The position numbers and the translations under genes are program-made. Source: Actinomycetota bacterium (lineage in GTDB: Bacteria > Actinomycetota > CADDZG01 > WHSQ01). Taken from it: DNA of 64,000 nucleotides. Below, piece by piece: positions 47,486 to 57,970 of this stretch. The DNA is taken from the NCBI GenBank assembly GCA_050694215.1, contig JBOGXB010000002.1, positions 206 to 64,205 on the forward strand, read 5' to 3'. Below the pieces are notes generated by a model. The model saw only the letters and a program-made list of their open reading frames with translations, had not been told where the DNA came from and did no database searches. The number at the start of each line of letters is the position of its first letter. Positions within the stretch are counted from its first letter, which is position 1.

Positions 47486-48595
47486 TTGAACATCCCGATG
47501 GAGTCACTTCGAGAGCTCGAGCGAGAGCGAGGCATCTCCTTCGAGACCGTGGTCGAGGCGATTGAGAAGGCCCTCGCGTCGGCGTACCTGCGCATCACCA
47601 ACGCGGACGAGACCCGCCAGGCGCGAGCAGAGATCGACCGCGAGTCGGGTGCGGTCACGATCTACGCCCAGGACGTCGAGATCGATCCCGAGACGGAGGA
47701 GGTCACCGTCCTCAAGGAGTGGGAGGACACCCCCGCCGACTTCGGACGCATCGCCGCCCAGACCGCGAAGCAGGTCATCCTCCAGCGTCTCCGGGATGCG
47801 GAGCGCGACCTCACCTTCGGCGAGTACTCGGGTCGTGAGGGTGACATCGTGACCGGGATCGTGCAACAGCACGACCATCGCTACACGATCCTCGATCTTG
47901 GGAAGACGGAGGCCCTGATGCCTCCGCCCGAGCAGATCCCCCACGAGCGCTACGAGCACGGAGCGCGGGTGAAGGCGTACATAGTCGAGGTGCGAAAGTC
48001 GTCACGCGGCCCCCAGATCATCGTGTCCCGTACCCACCCGCGTCTGATCGAGAGGCTCTTCGAGCTCGAGGTACCGGAGATCCTCGACGGCATCGTCGAG
48101 ATCAAAGGTGTTGCACGGGAGCCGGGTCACCGCTCCAAGATCGCCGTGGCGAGCAACGACCGCAACGTGGATCCGGTGGGAGCGTGCGTGGGCTCGAAAG
48201 GCTCGCGTGTCCGCATGGTGATGAACGAGCTGCGCGGCGAGAAGATCGACATCATCAAATGGACCGAGAACAAGGAGGAGTTCGTCGCCAACGCGCTCTC
48301 TCCGGCCAAGGTGAAGGAGGTCCGCGTCCAGGACGATGGAGAGACAGCGTTGGTGATCGTGCCCGACTACCAGCTGTCCTTGGCCATCGGCAAGGAGGGG
48401 CAGAACGCGCGCCTGGCGGCGCGCCTCACAGGCCTGCGAGTCGACATCAAGTCCGAGTCCCAGGTGCGCCAGGAGTCCCAGCCTCCCAAGCCCGAGCCGG
48501 CGGAGGAGCCCGAGGCACCGGCAGAGGCCCAGGGGCCGGAGCCCGTGCCGGCGACGGGGAGCGAGGAAGGCGGGTCGCAGCGGGGCGGCGACTAA
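47486..48595 (+). CDS. nusA: transcription termination/antitermination factor NusA
   Basis: N-terminal domain, S1 (GDIVTGIV) and KH1/KH2 (VGACVGSKGSRV, AIGKEGQNARLAARLTG). TTG 47486 or ATG 47498. The track start at 47357 is inside rimP. Confidence 0.93.
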   Translation: MNIPMESLRELERERGISFETVVEAIEKALASAYLRITNADETRQARAEIDRESGAVTIYAQDVEIDPETEEVTVLKEWEDTPADFGRIAAQTAKQVILQRLRDAERDLTFGEYSGREGDIVTGIVQQHDHRYTILDLGKTEALMPPPEQIPHERYEHGARVKAYIVEVRKSSRGPQIIVSRTHPRLIERLFELEVPEILDGIVEIKGVAREPGHRSKIAVASNDRNVDPVGACVGSKGSRVRMVMNELRGEKIDIIKWTENKEEFVANALSPAKVKEVRVQDDGETALVIVPDYQLSLAIGKEGQNARLAARLTGLRVDIKSESQVRQESQPPKPEPAEEPEAPAEAQGPEPVPATGSEEGGSQRGGD

Positions 48596-48596
48596 G

Positions 48597-48875
48597 ATGG
48601 GAGCGGTTCCGATCCGCACCTGCACCGGCTGTCGTGCCAGGCGCACGCAGTCCGATCTGATCCGGGTCGCGGTCCAGACCGACGGGGGCATCGAGTGCCG
48701 GCGCGAAGGCGCCGGTCGAAGGCTCCCCGGGAGGGGCGCCTACGTCTGTCCGGACGCGTCCTGCGTCGAGGCGGCGTGGGGGACCGGCAGGTTGAGAAGA
48801 GCATTGAGATACGAGGGCGCGCTGCCCCCGACCGTTCACCAAGAGCTGGCTCGGGTGGCCGCCGAGAAGGGATGA
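48597..48875 (+). CDS. ylxR: YlxR (DUF448) family RNA-binding protein
   Basis: RTCTGCRARRTQSDLIRV ... GRGAYVCPDASC. Canonical position between nusA and infB. Confidence 0.85.
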   Translation: MGAVPIRTCTGCRARRTQSDLIRVAVQTDGGIECRREGAGRRLPGRGAYVCPDASCVEAAWGTGRLRRALRYEGALPPTVHQELARVAAEKG

Positions 48876-48876
48876 G

Positions 48877-51093
48877 ATGGCGAGACCGCGGGTTCACGAG
48901 GTAGCCAAGGAGCTGGGATTGACCTCGAAGGAGGTCCTGGCGCACCTGGAGAAGATCGGCGAGCCGGTCAAGAGCCACTCCTCGGCGATAGACGAGGAGC
49001 TGGCCCAGCGCGTCCGGTCCGACCTGAAGGATGGGGCGGCAGGTCCGCGGGGCCAGGCTGCATCGCCATCCGAGAAGGCCGGCTCCGCCGAGAAGCCGGC
49101 CGCGGAGCCCGTCAGACCGACCGCCAAGGCGACGTCCAAGAAGCCGGTCGAGACCCGCGCCCCAGAAAAGCCCCCGACCAAGCCACCGGCCAAGCCCAAG
49201 GCCGACAAGCCCGAGGCTACAAAGCCGGACAACAGGCAGGCGCCGCCCCCCGAGACCGCGGCCGAGCCCGCTCCGGGGGTCTCCGCCGTCGAGGCTCCGC
49301 CCGAGCACGGGGCGACCGAGCAGGCTGCCGTCGCCGGCCCGGTGAAGGTCCACCGCGGGATAACGGTTCAGGAGTTCGCGCAGAGGTTCGAGAGGTCCCC
49401 GGCCGACATCGTCAAGATCCTGTTGGGCATGGGCGAGATGGTGACCGTCACTCAGTCGATGAGCGATGACGCGGTCGAGCTCCTCGCCGAGGAGATCGGA
49501 GTCGCAATCAAGGTCGTCGATCCCGAAGAGGAAGAGGCGGAGGAGGCGGCGCTCGCCGAAGAAGCCGAGGAGGACGAGGGCGAGAGGGTCGCGCGTCCAC
49601 CGGTCGTGACCGTGATGGGTCACGTCGATCACGGTAAGACGGCGATCCTGGACGCGATCCGGCGCACCGACGTAGCCGGCGGTGAGGCGGGAGGCATCAC
49701 GCAGCACATCGGTGCTTACCAGGTGCACGTGGACGGTCGCGAGGTGACGTTCATCGACACTCCCGGTCACGAAGCCTTCACGGCCATGCGTGCCCGCGGC
49801 GCCCAGGTGACGGACATAGCTGTGCTCGTGGTTGCCGCCGACGACGGGGTCATGCCACAGACCCTCGAGGCGATCGACCATGCAAGGGCCGCCGAGGTGC
49901 CCATCGTGGTCGCCGTCAACAAGGTCGACAAGCCCGAGTCCGACCCCACCCGGGTGCGCCAGCAGCTCTCCGACCACGGGTTGATGCCCGAGGAGTGGGG
50001 CGGCGAGACAGTCTTCGTGGACGTGTCGGCGAAGCAACGAACGAACCTCGATCAGCTGCTCGAGATGATTCTTCTCACGAGCGACATCCAGCTCGACCTC
50101 AAGGCGAATCCGACCGCACTGGCTCGAGGGGTGGTCATCGAGGCGCATCTCGACAAGGGACGCGGCCCGGTTGCGACCGTGCTCGTGAAGCGCGGGACCC
50201 TGGTGCAGGGAGACGCGCTCGTCGCCGGCGCGGCATGGGGCCGGGTGCGCGCGATGCTCGACGAGAATGGGACACAGGTCGACGAGGCCAAGCCCGGTCA
50301 GCCCGTGCAGGTGCTCGGATGGCAGTCCGTGCCCGAAGCGGGCGACGACTTCAGGGCCCTGGAGGACGAGCGAGAGGCGCGCTCGATCGCCGGCGAGCGA
50401 GAGCAGCATCGCCGGGCCGCGGATCTCGTCACGACCACCGGAGCGTCCTTGATGGAGCTGCTCGCCGCGACGAGCGAGGGCGAGATCCCCGAGCTCAACC
50501 TCCTGGTCAAGGCGGACACGCAGGGATCGGTCGAGGCGCTCGACGGCCAGCTCGCCAAGCTCGACCAATCGCTGGTCAAGGTCAACGTGCTCCGAAAGGG
50601 AGTGGGGGCGATCTCCGAGAACGACGTCACGCTCGCCCAGGCATCGAACGCCATAGTGATCGGCTTCAGCGTGGTCCCCAACGCGCACGCTCGCAGCCTC
50701 GCGGAGGAGGCGGGGGTCGACATCCGCACCTACCGGGTCATCTATCAGGCGGTGCAGGACATCGAGAACGCGGCGAAGGGCCTTCTCGGACCGGAGCTCA
50801 GGGAGGTGTCTCTGGGGCAGGCGGAGGTGCGCGCGACGTTCCGCGTGCCGCGTTTGGGGATGGTCGCGGGATGCATGGTTCTGGACGGCACCATCCGGCG
50901 CAATGCGAAGGCCCGGTTGGTACGAGACGGCACCGTCGTCTACGAGACCACCATCGCGTCCCTGAGACGCTTCAAGGACGACGTGCGCGAGGTGCAAACC
51001 GGCTTCGAGTGCGGCATCGGGCTCGAGGGCTTCCAGGACATCAAGGAGGGCGACTTGATCCAGGCCTTCGAGACACAAGAGGTATCCCGCTAG
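48877..51093 (+). CDS. infB: translation initiation factor IF-2
   Basis: [21 protein letters not shown], Pro/Ala/Lys-rich linker, G domain ([22 protein letters not shown]), C-terminal domains. Confidence 0.95.
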   Translation: MARPRVHEVAKELGLTSKEVLAHLEKIGEPVKSHSSAIDEELAQRVRSDLKDGAAGPRGQAASPSEKAGSAEKPAAEPVRPTAKATSKKPVETRAPEKPPTKPPAKPKADKPEATKPDNRQAPPPETAAEPAPGVSAVEAPPEHGATEQAAVAGPVKVHRGITVQEFAQRFERSPADIVKILLGMGEMVTVTQSMSDDAVELLAEEIGVAIKVVDPEEEEAEEAALAEEAEEDEGERVARPPVVTVMGHVDHGKTAILDAIRRTDVAGGEAGGITQHIGAYQVHVDGREVTFIDTPGHEAFTAMRARGAQVTDIAVLVVAADDGVMPQTLEAIDHARAAEVPIVVAVNKVDKPESDPTRVRQQLSDHGLMPEEWGGETVFVDVSAKQRTNLDQLLEMILLTSDIQLDLKANPTALARGVVIEAHLDKGRGPVATVLVKRGTLVQGDALVAGAAWGRVRAMLDENGTQVDEAKPGQPVQVLGWQSVPEAGDDFRALEDEREARSIAGEREQHRRAADLVTTTGASLMELLAATSEGEIPELNLLVKADTQGSVEALDGQLAKLDQSLVKVNVLRKGVGAISENDVTLAQASNAIVIGFSVVPNAHARSLAEEAGVDIRTYRVIYQAVQDIENAAKGLLGPELREVSLGQAEVRATFRVPRLGMVAGCMVLDGTIRRNAKARLVRDGTVVYETTIASLRRFKDDVREVQTGFECGIGLEGFQDIKEGDLIQAFETQEVSR

Positions 51094-51113
51094 GTCGCGA
51101 AGAGCCTCTAGCA

Positions 51114-51416
51114 GTGTTTATCGGCGTCGGCCGCTACGAGCTCTTCATCCCCGAGAGCGCGTCCTTGAAGGACAAGCGTCGGGTCGTGCGTTCGGCGACG
51201 GCTACGGTTCGAGCGAAGTTCAACGTCGCCATCGCGGAGGTCGATCATCACGACCTGTGGCAACGGGCTGCCCTCGGAGTGAGCTGTGTGGCCGAGTCGA
51301 TGGGTCGCTGTCACCAGGTATTGCAGGAGGTCGAGAAGCTGATCGGAAGAACGATCATCGGGGGAGCCGAGATCGTGGATCGGTCGATCGACGTGGTGGG
51401 GCTCGACGATCTTTGA
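51114..51416 (+). CDS. DUF503 domain protein (YlxP-like)
   Basis: GTG at 51114. FIGVGRYELFIPESASLKDKRRVVRS... is the typical DUF503 start. It is the 3' end of a long frame-shadow ORF (49995-51416) in the track. Confidence 0.8.
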   Translation: MFIGVGRYELFIPESASLKDKRRVVRSATATVRAKFNVAIAEVDHHDLWQRAALGVSCVAESMGRCHQVLQEVEKLIGRTIIGGAEIVDRSIDVVGLDDL

Positions 51417-51432
51417 TTCCAACAGGAGAGCG

Positions 51433-51783
51433 ATGACTCAAAGGACCGAGAAGGTTCAGAAGCTCGCGCAGGAGGTGCTCGGCGAGAGCATCCAAGCGCT
51501 CAAGGATCCGCGCATCGGTTTCGTCACCGTCACCGGAGTCAGGATCAGTCCCGACCTCCGCCACGCGCGCGTCTTCGTGAGCGTGCTGGGCTCGGAGGAC
51601 GAGCAGCGCGCGACGATGGCCGGGCTGAACAGCGCGAAGTCCCACCTTCGATCCGATCTCGGCCGTCAGATGAGGATGAAGTACCTTCCGGAGCTCATCT
51701 TCGAGCTCGATCACTCACCCGAGGAGGCTCAGCGGATGGAGGAGCTGTTCAGGAGGATCCACCGGGAGACGGAGACCCCGTGA
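51433..51783 (+). CDS. rbfA: ribosome-binding factor A
   Basis: DPRIGFVTVTGVRISPDLRHARVFVSVLG ... YLPELIFELD. Confidence 0.92.
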   Translation: MTQRTEKVQKLAQEVLGESIQALKDPRIGFVTVTGVRISPDLRHARVFVSVLGSEDEQRATMAGLNSAKSHLRSDLGRQMRMKYLPELIFELDHSPEEAQRMEELFRRIHRETETP

Positions 51784-52742
51784 GATACGACCTGGCCGAT
51801 TGGGATGACGCGGTGGTCGCGCTGAGAGACGCCCGTGAGGTTGCCCTTGCCTGCCACGTCAACCCGGATGGGGATGCTCTCGGGTCTCTGCTCGCCGCCT
51901 CCGAAGGGCTGCGAAAGATGGGGAAGCCGACCTATCCATCGTGGGGGACGAGTCCGGTCAAGGCGCCGTTCGCGTACTCGTTCCTGCCCGGGGTTGACAC
52001 GCTGATGGAGGCGGAGGACGTACCAGAGACCGACGTCTTCCTCGCGCTCGATTGCGGATCGTCCGACCGGCTGGAGTCGCTAGAGAGCCTTGCCCACAAG
52101 GCGACCTGCCTCGTCAACGTCGATCACCACCCCGGCAACGAGGAGTTCGGCACGTTGAACCTGGTTGTGCCCACCGCGTCGTCGACCGCGGAGATCGTGA
52201 CGTACCTCCTCGACGACCTGGGCGTCGATATCGATCTCCGCATCGCAACGAATCTCTACACCGGGATCGTTACCGATACGGGGAGGTTCCAGTACTCGAA
52301 CTCGTCGCCCGACACACTCCGGCTGGCGGCGGGCCTCCTCGAGAAGGGCGTCTCCGCTCCGGCGATTGCGAGCGAGGTATTCGATTCGTCTCCATTCGGC
52401 TACCTGAAGCTGCTGGGTCGCGTGCTCGAGCGCGCGACGCTGCACGAGGGCGATCGATTCGTCTACTCCTGGATCACCCAGAAGGACCTCGTGGAGACGG
52501 GCGTCGCACTGGACGAGACGGAGAAGCTGATCGACTTGGTGCGGGCGACGCGCGCCGCCGACGTGACCGCGATGTTCAAGGAGCAGGACGACGGTTCGTG
52601 GCGCGTGAGCCTCCGATCGAAGGGTCCGAACGTCGGAGCGCTGGCTCGGTCGCGGGGGGGCGGAGGGCATGATCTGGCCGCGGGGTTCTCCAGCGAGGAC
52701 ATCGATCGGACGGTCGCGGATCTGATCGCCGAGCTCAAGTAG
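51780..52742 (+). CDS. nrnA: DHH/DHHA1 phosphoesterase (bifunctional oligoribonuclease / pAp phosphatase NrnA)
   Basis: HVNPDGDALGS, VDHHP, GIVTDTGRFQYSN, GGGGHDLAAG. GTGA overlap with rbfA. Confidence 0.85.
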   Translation: MRYDLADWDDAVVALRDAREVALACHVNPDGDALGSLLAASEGLRKMGKPTYPSWGTSPVKAPFAYSFLPGVDTLMEAEDVPETDVFLALDCGSSDRLESLESLAHKATCLVNVDHHPGNEEFGTLNLVVPTASSTAEIVTYLLDDLGVDIDLRIATNLYTGIVTDTGRFQYSNSSPDTLRLAAGLLEKGVSAPAIASEVFDSSPFGYLKLLGRVLERATLHEGDRFVYSWITQKDLVETGVALDETEKLIDLVRATRAADVTAMFKEQDDGSWRVSLRSKGPNVGALARSRGGGGHDLAAGFSSEDIDRTVADLIAELK

Positions 52743-52745
52743 ACG

Positions 52746-53600
52746 GTGCAGTTGGACGGCGTCCTGGTCATCGACAAGCCCGCGGGGAAGACGTCGCACG
52801 ACGTTGTCGACCGCGTTCGGGACGTGTTCAAGACGCGCAAGGTGGGCCACGGGGGGACGCTCGACCCGGACGCGACCGGCGTGCTCTTGGTAGGGATCGG
52901 GCGAGCGACTCGGCTGCTCGCCTACGCGCAGGCAGGCCCAAAGCGCTACCGGGCGACGGCGCGTTTCGGAGTGACGACGTCTACCCAGGATTCGTCCGGC
53001 GACGTGCTGAAGGAGCGACCGGTTCGGCTGTCGCGCGAGGTCATCGAGCACGCTCTCGCATCTTTCCGGGGAGAGATCGATCAGATCCCGCCGATGGTGT
53101 CGGCGGTGCGGATGGGAGGCGAACGCTTGTACGAGAAGGCCCGACGGGGCGAGGAGGTAGAACGCCGGCCCCGTCGCGTGACGATCCACTCGCTGGACCT
53201 CGTCGACTTCGACGGGGTCGACCGGGCTACGTTCGACGTGGCGTGCTCGAGCGGCACTTACGTGCGCACCCTGATCGCAGATCTCGGCGAGACGCTTGGC
53301 TGTGGCGCCCATCTCGAAGATCTCCGGCGAACGCAGGCGGGAGGCTTCACCGACGAGGATGCGATTCCGCTCGACGAGCTGAGGGTCGAAGCCTTGCGGC
53401 CGCTGGTGGATGCCGTGGGAGACCTGCCGCGCGTGGAGGTCGACGCGAAGGACGCCGAGCGCGTCGCGCACGGACAGTCTCTCGATGTGGCGAACGGTCC
53501 GAAGGAGGGACGCTTCGTCGCCGTCGTGAGGGATGGCAACCTCCTCGCCGTGTACGTGCGAGAAGGTCGACGGTGGGTGGCCGACCGGGTACTGGCATGA
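52746..53600 (+). CDS. truB: tRNA pseudouridine(55) synthase
   Basis: GVLVIDKPAGKTSHDVV, VGHGGTLDPDATGVLLVGIGRATR, IPPMVSAV. Confidence 0.92.
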   Translation: MQLDGVLVIDKPAGKTSHDVVDRVRDVFKTRKVGHGGTLDPDATGVLLVGIGRATRLLAYAQAGPKRYRATARFGVTTSTQDSSGDVLKERPVRLSREVIEHALASFRGEIDQIPPMVSAVRMGGERLYEKARRGEEVERRPRRVTIHSLDLVDFDGVDRATFDVACSSGTYVRTLIADLGETLGCGAHLEDLRRTQAGGFTDEDAIPLDELRVEALRPLVDAVGDLPRVEVDAKDAERVAHGQSLDVANGPKEGRFVAVVRDGNLLAVYVREGRRWVADRVLA

Positions 53601-54538
53601 GGACCGTCGTCGGCCTCGAGCGCCTGAGCCCGGCCGAGGATGGTCTCGCGGTCGCGATCGGCACGTTCGACGGCGTCCACGTCGGCCATCGCGCGTTGAT
53701 CTCGAAGGCACGCGAGGGGGCCGCCGAGCTCGGGTGCGCATCGGGGGTCATCACTTGGGACCGACACCCCGCGGTGACGCTCCGGCCCGATCGCATCCCG
53801 CCGCTGCTGTCGAGCGAGGAGCGCAAGACCGAGTTGCTCGAGCAACAAGAGATCGATGAGCTCGTCGTCCTGCCGTTCGACGAGTCCTTCACCCACATAT
53901 CGGCCGAGGACTTCGTAACCCGGGTTCTGTACAAGGGTCTCGGCGTGAAGCTCGTGGTGGTGGGCGACGGCTGGCGCTTCGGGCACAAGGCGGCGGGCAC
54001 CGTTGCGCTCCTGAGAGAGATGGGCACCGACCTGAACTTCTCCGTCGAGGAGGTCCCGCTACGAGAGGTCCTGGGCGAACCCGTCTCGAGCAGGCGGACC
54101 CGGGCCGCGGTCCAGGCCGGGGACATTGCGCTGGCGCGGACGCTGCTCGGCAGGGCCTTCGACCTCGATGCCGTCGTGCGTCGGGGCGACGACCGGGGAC
54201 GGTCTCTCGGTTTCCCCACGGCGAACATGGACGCCGACCCGCGCCTGGCGCGGCCCCCGCGCGGCATCTACGCGGGCAGGGCACGCGCGCTCGATCTCTG
54301 GTACACGGCCGCGATCAGCGTGGGCGTGAACCCCACGTTCGGGGGTGATCCCGAGACCAGCCCGATCCACGTCGAGGCCTATCTCCTCGACTTCGACTCC
54401 GACCTCTACGGCGTGACCCTACGGGTCGAGTTCTGGCAGCGGCTGCGCGACGAGCTCGCGTTCGATCGGGTGGACGACCTCGTCGCGCAGATGGAACGCG
54501 ACGTCGAGCAGACCCGTTCGCTCGTGGAGGAGACCTGA
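53597..54538 (+). CDS. ribF: bifunctional riboflavin kinase / FAD synthetase
   Basis: ATG at 53597 overlaps the truB stop (ATGA). AIGTFDGVHVGHRALI, GFPTANM, EAYLLDFDSDLYG. The track start at 53243 is inside truB. Confidence 0.92.
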   Translation: MRTVVGLERLSPAEDGLAVAIGTFDGVHVGHRALISKAREGAAELGCASGVITWDRHPAVTLRPDRIPPLLSSEERKTELLEQQEIDELVVLPFDESFTHISAEDFVTRVLYKGLGVKLVVVGDGWRFGHKAAGTVALLREMGTDLNFSVEEVPLREVLGEPVSSRRTRAAVQAGDIALARTLLGRAFDLDAVVRRGDDRGRSLGFPTANMDADPRLARPPRGIYAGRARALDLWYTAAISVGVNPTFGGDPETSPIHVEAYLLDFDSDLYGVTLRVEFWQRLRDELAFDRVDDLVAQMERDVEQTRSLVEET

Positions 54539-54579
54539 GAGTGGCCGTCAACCGTGGCCGCGTCGGATAGCGTCGGTGT

Positions 54580-55752
54580 ATGGGGCCACCCCGAACCGAC
54601 CCGGTCGACCTCCTGCAGATCGAGGCGTTGCTAACCGACGACGAGCGGATGATGCGCGACACGGTCCGGCGCTTCGTGGGCGACAGGGTGCTCCCCGACA
54701 TCGCCAAGTGGTTCGAGGCGGGCGAGTTCCCGCGCGAGATCGTGACCGAGCTGGGGGCGCTCGGGCTCCTGGGGATGCAGCTGACCGGGTACGGCTGCGC
54801 GGGAGCGAACCCGGTGAGCTACGGGCTGGCGTGCATGGAGCTCGAGGCCGGCGACAGCGGCATGCGGAGCGCCGCGTCCGTGCAGGGGTCCCTGGCGATG
54901 TACCCGATCTATCGGTTCGGGTCCGAGGAGCAGAAGCAGCAGTGGCTGCCGCCGATGGCCGCCGGCGAGCTGATCGGTTGCTTCGCTCTGACCGAGCCCG
55001 ACTACGGGAGCGATCCCTCGGGGATGCGCACGGCCGCCAAGCGCGACGGGGACGACTGGGTGCTCAACGGCACGAAGATGTGGATCACGAACGGGGGCAT
55101 CGCGGACGTCGCGGTGGTCTGGGCCCGTACCGACGAAGGCATCCGCGGCTTCCTCGTCCCCAAGGAGACGCGCGGGTTCTCGAGCCGCGACATCCACGCC
55201 AAGCTGTCTCTGCGAGCGTCCGTGACCTCCGAGCTGGTTTTCGACGACTGCCGGTTGCCCGACGACGCCGTGCTACCCGAGGTGGTGGGCATGAAGGGCC
55301 CGCTCTCGGTCCTGACCGAGGCGCGTTTCGGGATCATCTGGGGCGTGATGGGTGCGGCCCGGTCCTGCTACGAGGCCGCGCTTGAGTATTCGAAGACGCG
55401 TTCGCAGTTCGGCCGCCCGATCGGCGGCTTTCAGCTTACGCAGCAAAAGCTCGTGAACATGCTGCTCGAGCTCAACAAGGGCGTGCTGCTGGCACTGCAC
55501 CTGGGCCGCATGAAAGAGCGAGGAGAGCTCACTCCCCAGCAGGTGAGCTTCGGGAAGCTGAACAACGTCCGGGAGGCCATAAAGATCACGCGTGAGGCAC
55601 GGACGATCCTCGGAGCCAACGGCATCACCCTCGAGTACCCGGTTGTGCGTCACATGAACAACCTCGAGTCCGTTCTCACCTACGAAGGGACCAGCGAGAT
55701 CCATACCTTGATCCTGGGTGAGGCGGTCACGGGACTGTCTGCCTTCACCTGA
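54580..55752 (+). CDS. acyl-CoA dehydrogenase (glutaryl-CoA dehydrogenase-like)
   Basis: LLTDDERMMRDTVRRF, FALTEPDYGSDPSGM, WITNG, C-terminal YEGTSEIHTLILG. Confidence 0.88.
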   Translation: MGPPRTDPVDLLQIEALLTDDERMMRDTVRRFVGDRVLPDIAKWFEAGEFPREIVTELGALGLLGMQLTGYGCAGANPVSYGLACMELEAGDSGMRSAASVQGSLAMYPIYRFGSEEQKQQWLPPMAAGELIGCFALTEPDYGSDPSGMRTAAKRDGDDWVLNGTKMWITNGGIADVAVVWARTDEGIRGFLVPKETRGFSSRDIHAKLSLRASVTSELVFDDCRLPDDAVLPEVVGMKGPLSVLTEARFGIIWGVMGAARSCYEAALEYSKTRSQFGRPIGGFQLTQQKLVNMLLELNKGVLLALHLGRMKERGELTPQQVSFGKLNNVREAIKITREARTILGANGITLEYPVVRHMNNLESVLTYEGTSEIHTLILGEAVTGLSAFT

Positions 55753-56264
55753 TGGAAGAGGCCGACTTCCGCGCCTGCCTCGGGAAGTTCGCCACCGGTG
55801 TCACGATCGTGGGCTACGGGGCAGACGGAGGCGCCCGCGGGATCACGGTGAACGCGTTCAACTCCGTGTCCCTCAACCCTCCCCTCGTGCTGATCTCGAT
55901 CGCTAAAGCGGCGCGCAGCCACGGTCTGCTCGAGGGCTCTCCCTTCTCGGTCAACGTCCTGACCGTCGACCAGGAGGACCTTGCGCTCCATTTCGCCGGA
56001 GATCCGCGCGAGGTCGAGGTCCCGTGGGTGGACGGAACGGTGGCACCCCGGCTCGACGGCGTTCTCGCGTGGATGGAGTGCGAACCGTATGCGGGCTACG
56101 ACGCGGGCGACCACACGCTCTACCTCGGACGGGTAGTCGACGTGGGTGACTCCGAGGGCGATGCGCTCGGCTTCTTCTCGAGCCGCTTCGTCAACATCTC
56201 CCGCCCGATACCGTCGCAACCGCCACTCCCGTACGATCCATTCGAGCTTCCCTACGATGCCTGA
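55752..56264 (+). CDS. flavin reductase family protein (HpaC-like reductase component)
   Basis: FATGVTIVGYGADGGARGITVNAFNSVSLNPPLVLISI. The start overlaps the upstream stop (TGATG). Confidence 0.85.
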   Translation: MEEADFRACLGKFATGVTIVGYGADGGARGITVNAFNSVSLNPPLVLISIAKAARSHGLLEGSPFSVNVLTVDQEDLALHFAGDPREVEVPWVDGTVAPRLDGVLAWMECEPYAGYDAGDHTLYLGRVVDVGDSEGDALGFFSSRFVNISRPIPSQPPLPYDPFELPYDA

Positions 56265-56279
56265 GAGAGACGGTCGACG

Positions 56280-57200
56280 ATGACTGAGCGCAGGGACCCG
56301 GCCACGATCAGGGGCTCGATCGTCCCAGTCGTGACCCCGTTCACGTCCGCCGGAGCGCTCGACGATCCGACGTTCGTTGAGCTCCTCGAGTGGCAGATCG
56401 AATCGGGCAGTCACGGCATCTCGGTCACGGGCACGACGGGGGAGCCGAGCTCACTCTCGCTTGAGGAGCGCGAGCACGTCATGGAGGTGGCGGCGCGCAC
56501 GGTCGGGGGCCGGGTCCCATTCGTGCCGGGGACGGGGACGAACAATCTCGCCGAGACCATCCGCCTAACGCGCGCGGCCGAGGCCCTCGGCGCGGATGCT
56601 GCACTCGTAATCGTCCCCTACTACAGCCGGCCCTCCCAGGAGGGGCTCTACCGCTACTTCCGGGCGCTCGAGGGCGAGGTCGGACTGCCGATCGTCATCT
56701 ACAACATCCCCGGCCGCACCGCGGTGAACATGGCCCCTTCCACGATGGCCCGGTTGCGCCGGGATGCCCGCAACATCGTCGGCGTGAAGGAAGCGAACAA
56801 GGACTTCGAGCACGTGAGCAGGGTGCTGCACGAGTGCGGGCGCGATTTCCTCGTCTACTCCGGCATCGAGTTGCTGTGCTACCCGATGCTCGCGATCGGT
56901 GGTGCCGGCCACGTGAGCGCGACGGCGAACGTCTTCCCCACCGAGGTGGCGGATCTCTACAACCACGTCGCCGCCGGGAGGTGGAAGCAGGCCATGGACA
57001 TGCATTTCCACCTGCTTGAAATCAACGATGCGCTCTTTGTCGAGACCAACCCCGGCCCCCTCAAGTGGGTGATGGGCAAGCTCGGCCGGATCAACCCCTA
57101 CCTGCGCCCCCCGCTATGCGAACCGTCGGCCGACAACCAGAAGGGTCTCCAGGAGGTCATGGACGACTACGGCCTGACGACCGCAGAGGTGCGCGCGTGA
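56280..57200 (+). CDS. dihydrodipicolinate synthase (DapA/NAL) family class I aldolase/lyase
   Basis: GTTGE, IVIYNIPGRT (Tyr) and VGVKEANKD (Schiff-base Lys) motifs are all present. Confidence 0.85.
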   Translation: MTERRDPATIRGSIVPVVTPFTSAGALDDPTFVELLEWQIESGSHGISVTGTTGEPSSLSLEEREHVMEVAARTVGGRVPFVPGTGTNNLAETIRLTRAAEALGADAALVIVPYYSRPSQEGLYRYFRALEGEVGLPIVIYNIPGRTAVNMAPSTMARLRRDARNIVGVKEANKDFEHVSRVLHECGRDFLVYSGIELLCYPMLAIGGAGHVSATANVFPTEVADLYNHVAAGRWKQAMDMHFHLLEINDALFVETNPGPLKWVMGKLGRINPYLRPPLCEPSADNQKGLQEVMDDYGLTTAEVRA

Positions 57201-57970
57201 GGACGGCGCGTTTCGTTGCGGAGGGTCGCATCCACGAAGGCACGGCGCCGGAGGAAGGGACCGTCCTGGATGCGGCGGGGCGCGCGTATTCGGAGCACGA
57301 GGTCGCGTTCCTACCTCCCGTGCAGCCGCGCACCGTCATCGCGATCGCGCTCAACTACTCGGAGCACGCGGCGGAGTTCGAGATGGAGGCCCCGGAGGAG
57401 CCCGCGCTGTTCTTCAAACCACCCAACACGTGGATCGGCCACGGAGCACCGGTCGTATATCCGTCGGGGGCCGAGTACATGCATTACGAGGTGGAGCTGG
57501 CCGCCGTCATCGGCCGCAGCTGCCGGCGCGTGAAGGCGTCGGAGGCCGGCGACCTGATCAAGGGCTACACCATCGCGAACGACCTCGTGGTGCGCGACTT
57601 CGTCGGCAACTTCTACCGGCCGCCGGTGAAGGCCAAGGGGTGGGACACGTTCTGCCCTCTCGGCCCATATCTCGTTACGGCCGACGAGATCCGAGACCCC
57701 TACGACCTCGAGCTGCGTGCTTTCGTCAACGGCGAGCTCCGCCAGAAGGGCACCACTTCGGGGATGCTCCGAAGGGTGCCCGAGTTGATCGAGCACATAA
57801 GCGAGTTCATGACGCTGGACTCCAACGACATCATCCTCACCGGCACGCCCAAGGGCATATCGCACGTCTATCCGGGCGACGTCATGAGACTTGAGGTCGA
57901 CGGCCTCGGCGCGCTCGAGAACGAGGTCGTGGCCGAGTCCGGTACGACGAAGGGGGCGGGGAGGGGATGA
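57197..57970 (+). CDS. fumarylacetoacetate hydrolase family protein (HpaG-like isomerase/decarboxylase)
   Basis: GTG at 57197 overlaps the upstream stop (GTGA). ALNYSEHAAE, YEVELAAVIG, GTPKGI. The track start at 57065 is inside the upstream gene. Confidence 0.85.
   Translation: MRTARFVAEGRIHEGTAPEEGTVLDAAGRAYSEHEVAFLPPVQPRTVIAIALNYSEHAAEFEMEAPEEPALFFKPPNTWIGHGAPVVYPSGAEYMHYEVELAAVIGRSCRRVKASEAGDLIKGYTIANDLVVRDFVGNFYRPPVKAKGWDTFCPLGPYLVTADEIRDPYDLELRAFVNGELRQKGTTSGMLRRVPELIEHISEFMTLDSNDIILTGTPKGISHVYPGDVMRLEVDGLGALENEVVAESGTTKGAGRG

Noticed and set aside
48592-51078. 828-aa ORF on the minus strand
   Set aside because: It lies exactly antisense to infB. The composition is Arg/Gly/Leu/Pro-rich with no motifs, a typical high-GC shadow ORF. 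infB on the plus strand has unmistakable IF-2 motifs.
49995-51113. First 373 codons of the 473-aa plus-strand ORF 49995-51416
   Set aside because: This is an out-of-frame shadow inside infB (Arg/Gly-rich). Only the last 100 codons, from GTG 51114, form the DUF503 protein.
52080-53741. 553-aa minus-strand ORF
   Set aside because: Antisense to nrnA and truB. Arg-rich low-complexity translation. A shadow ORF.
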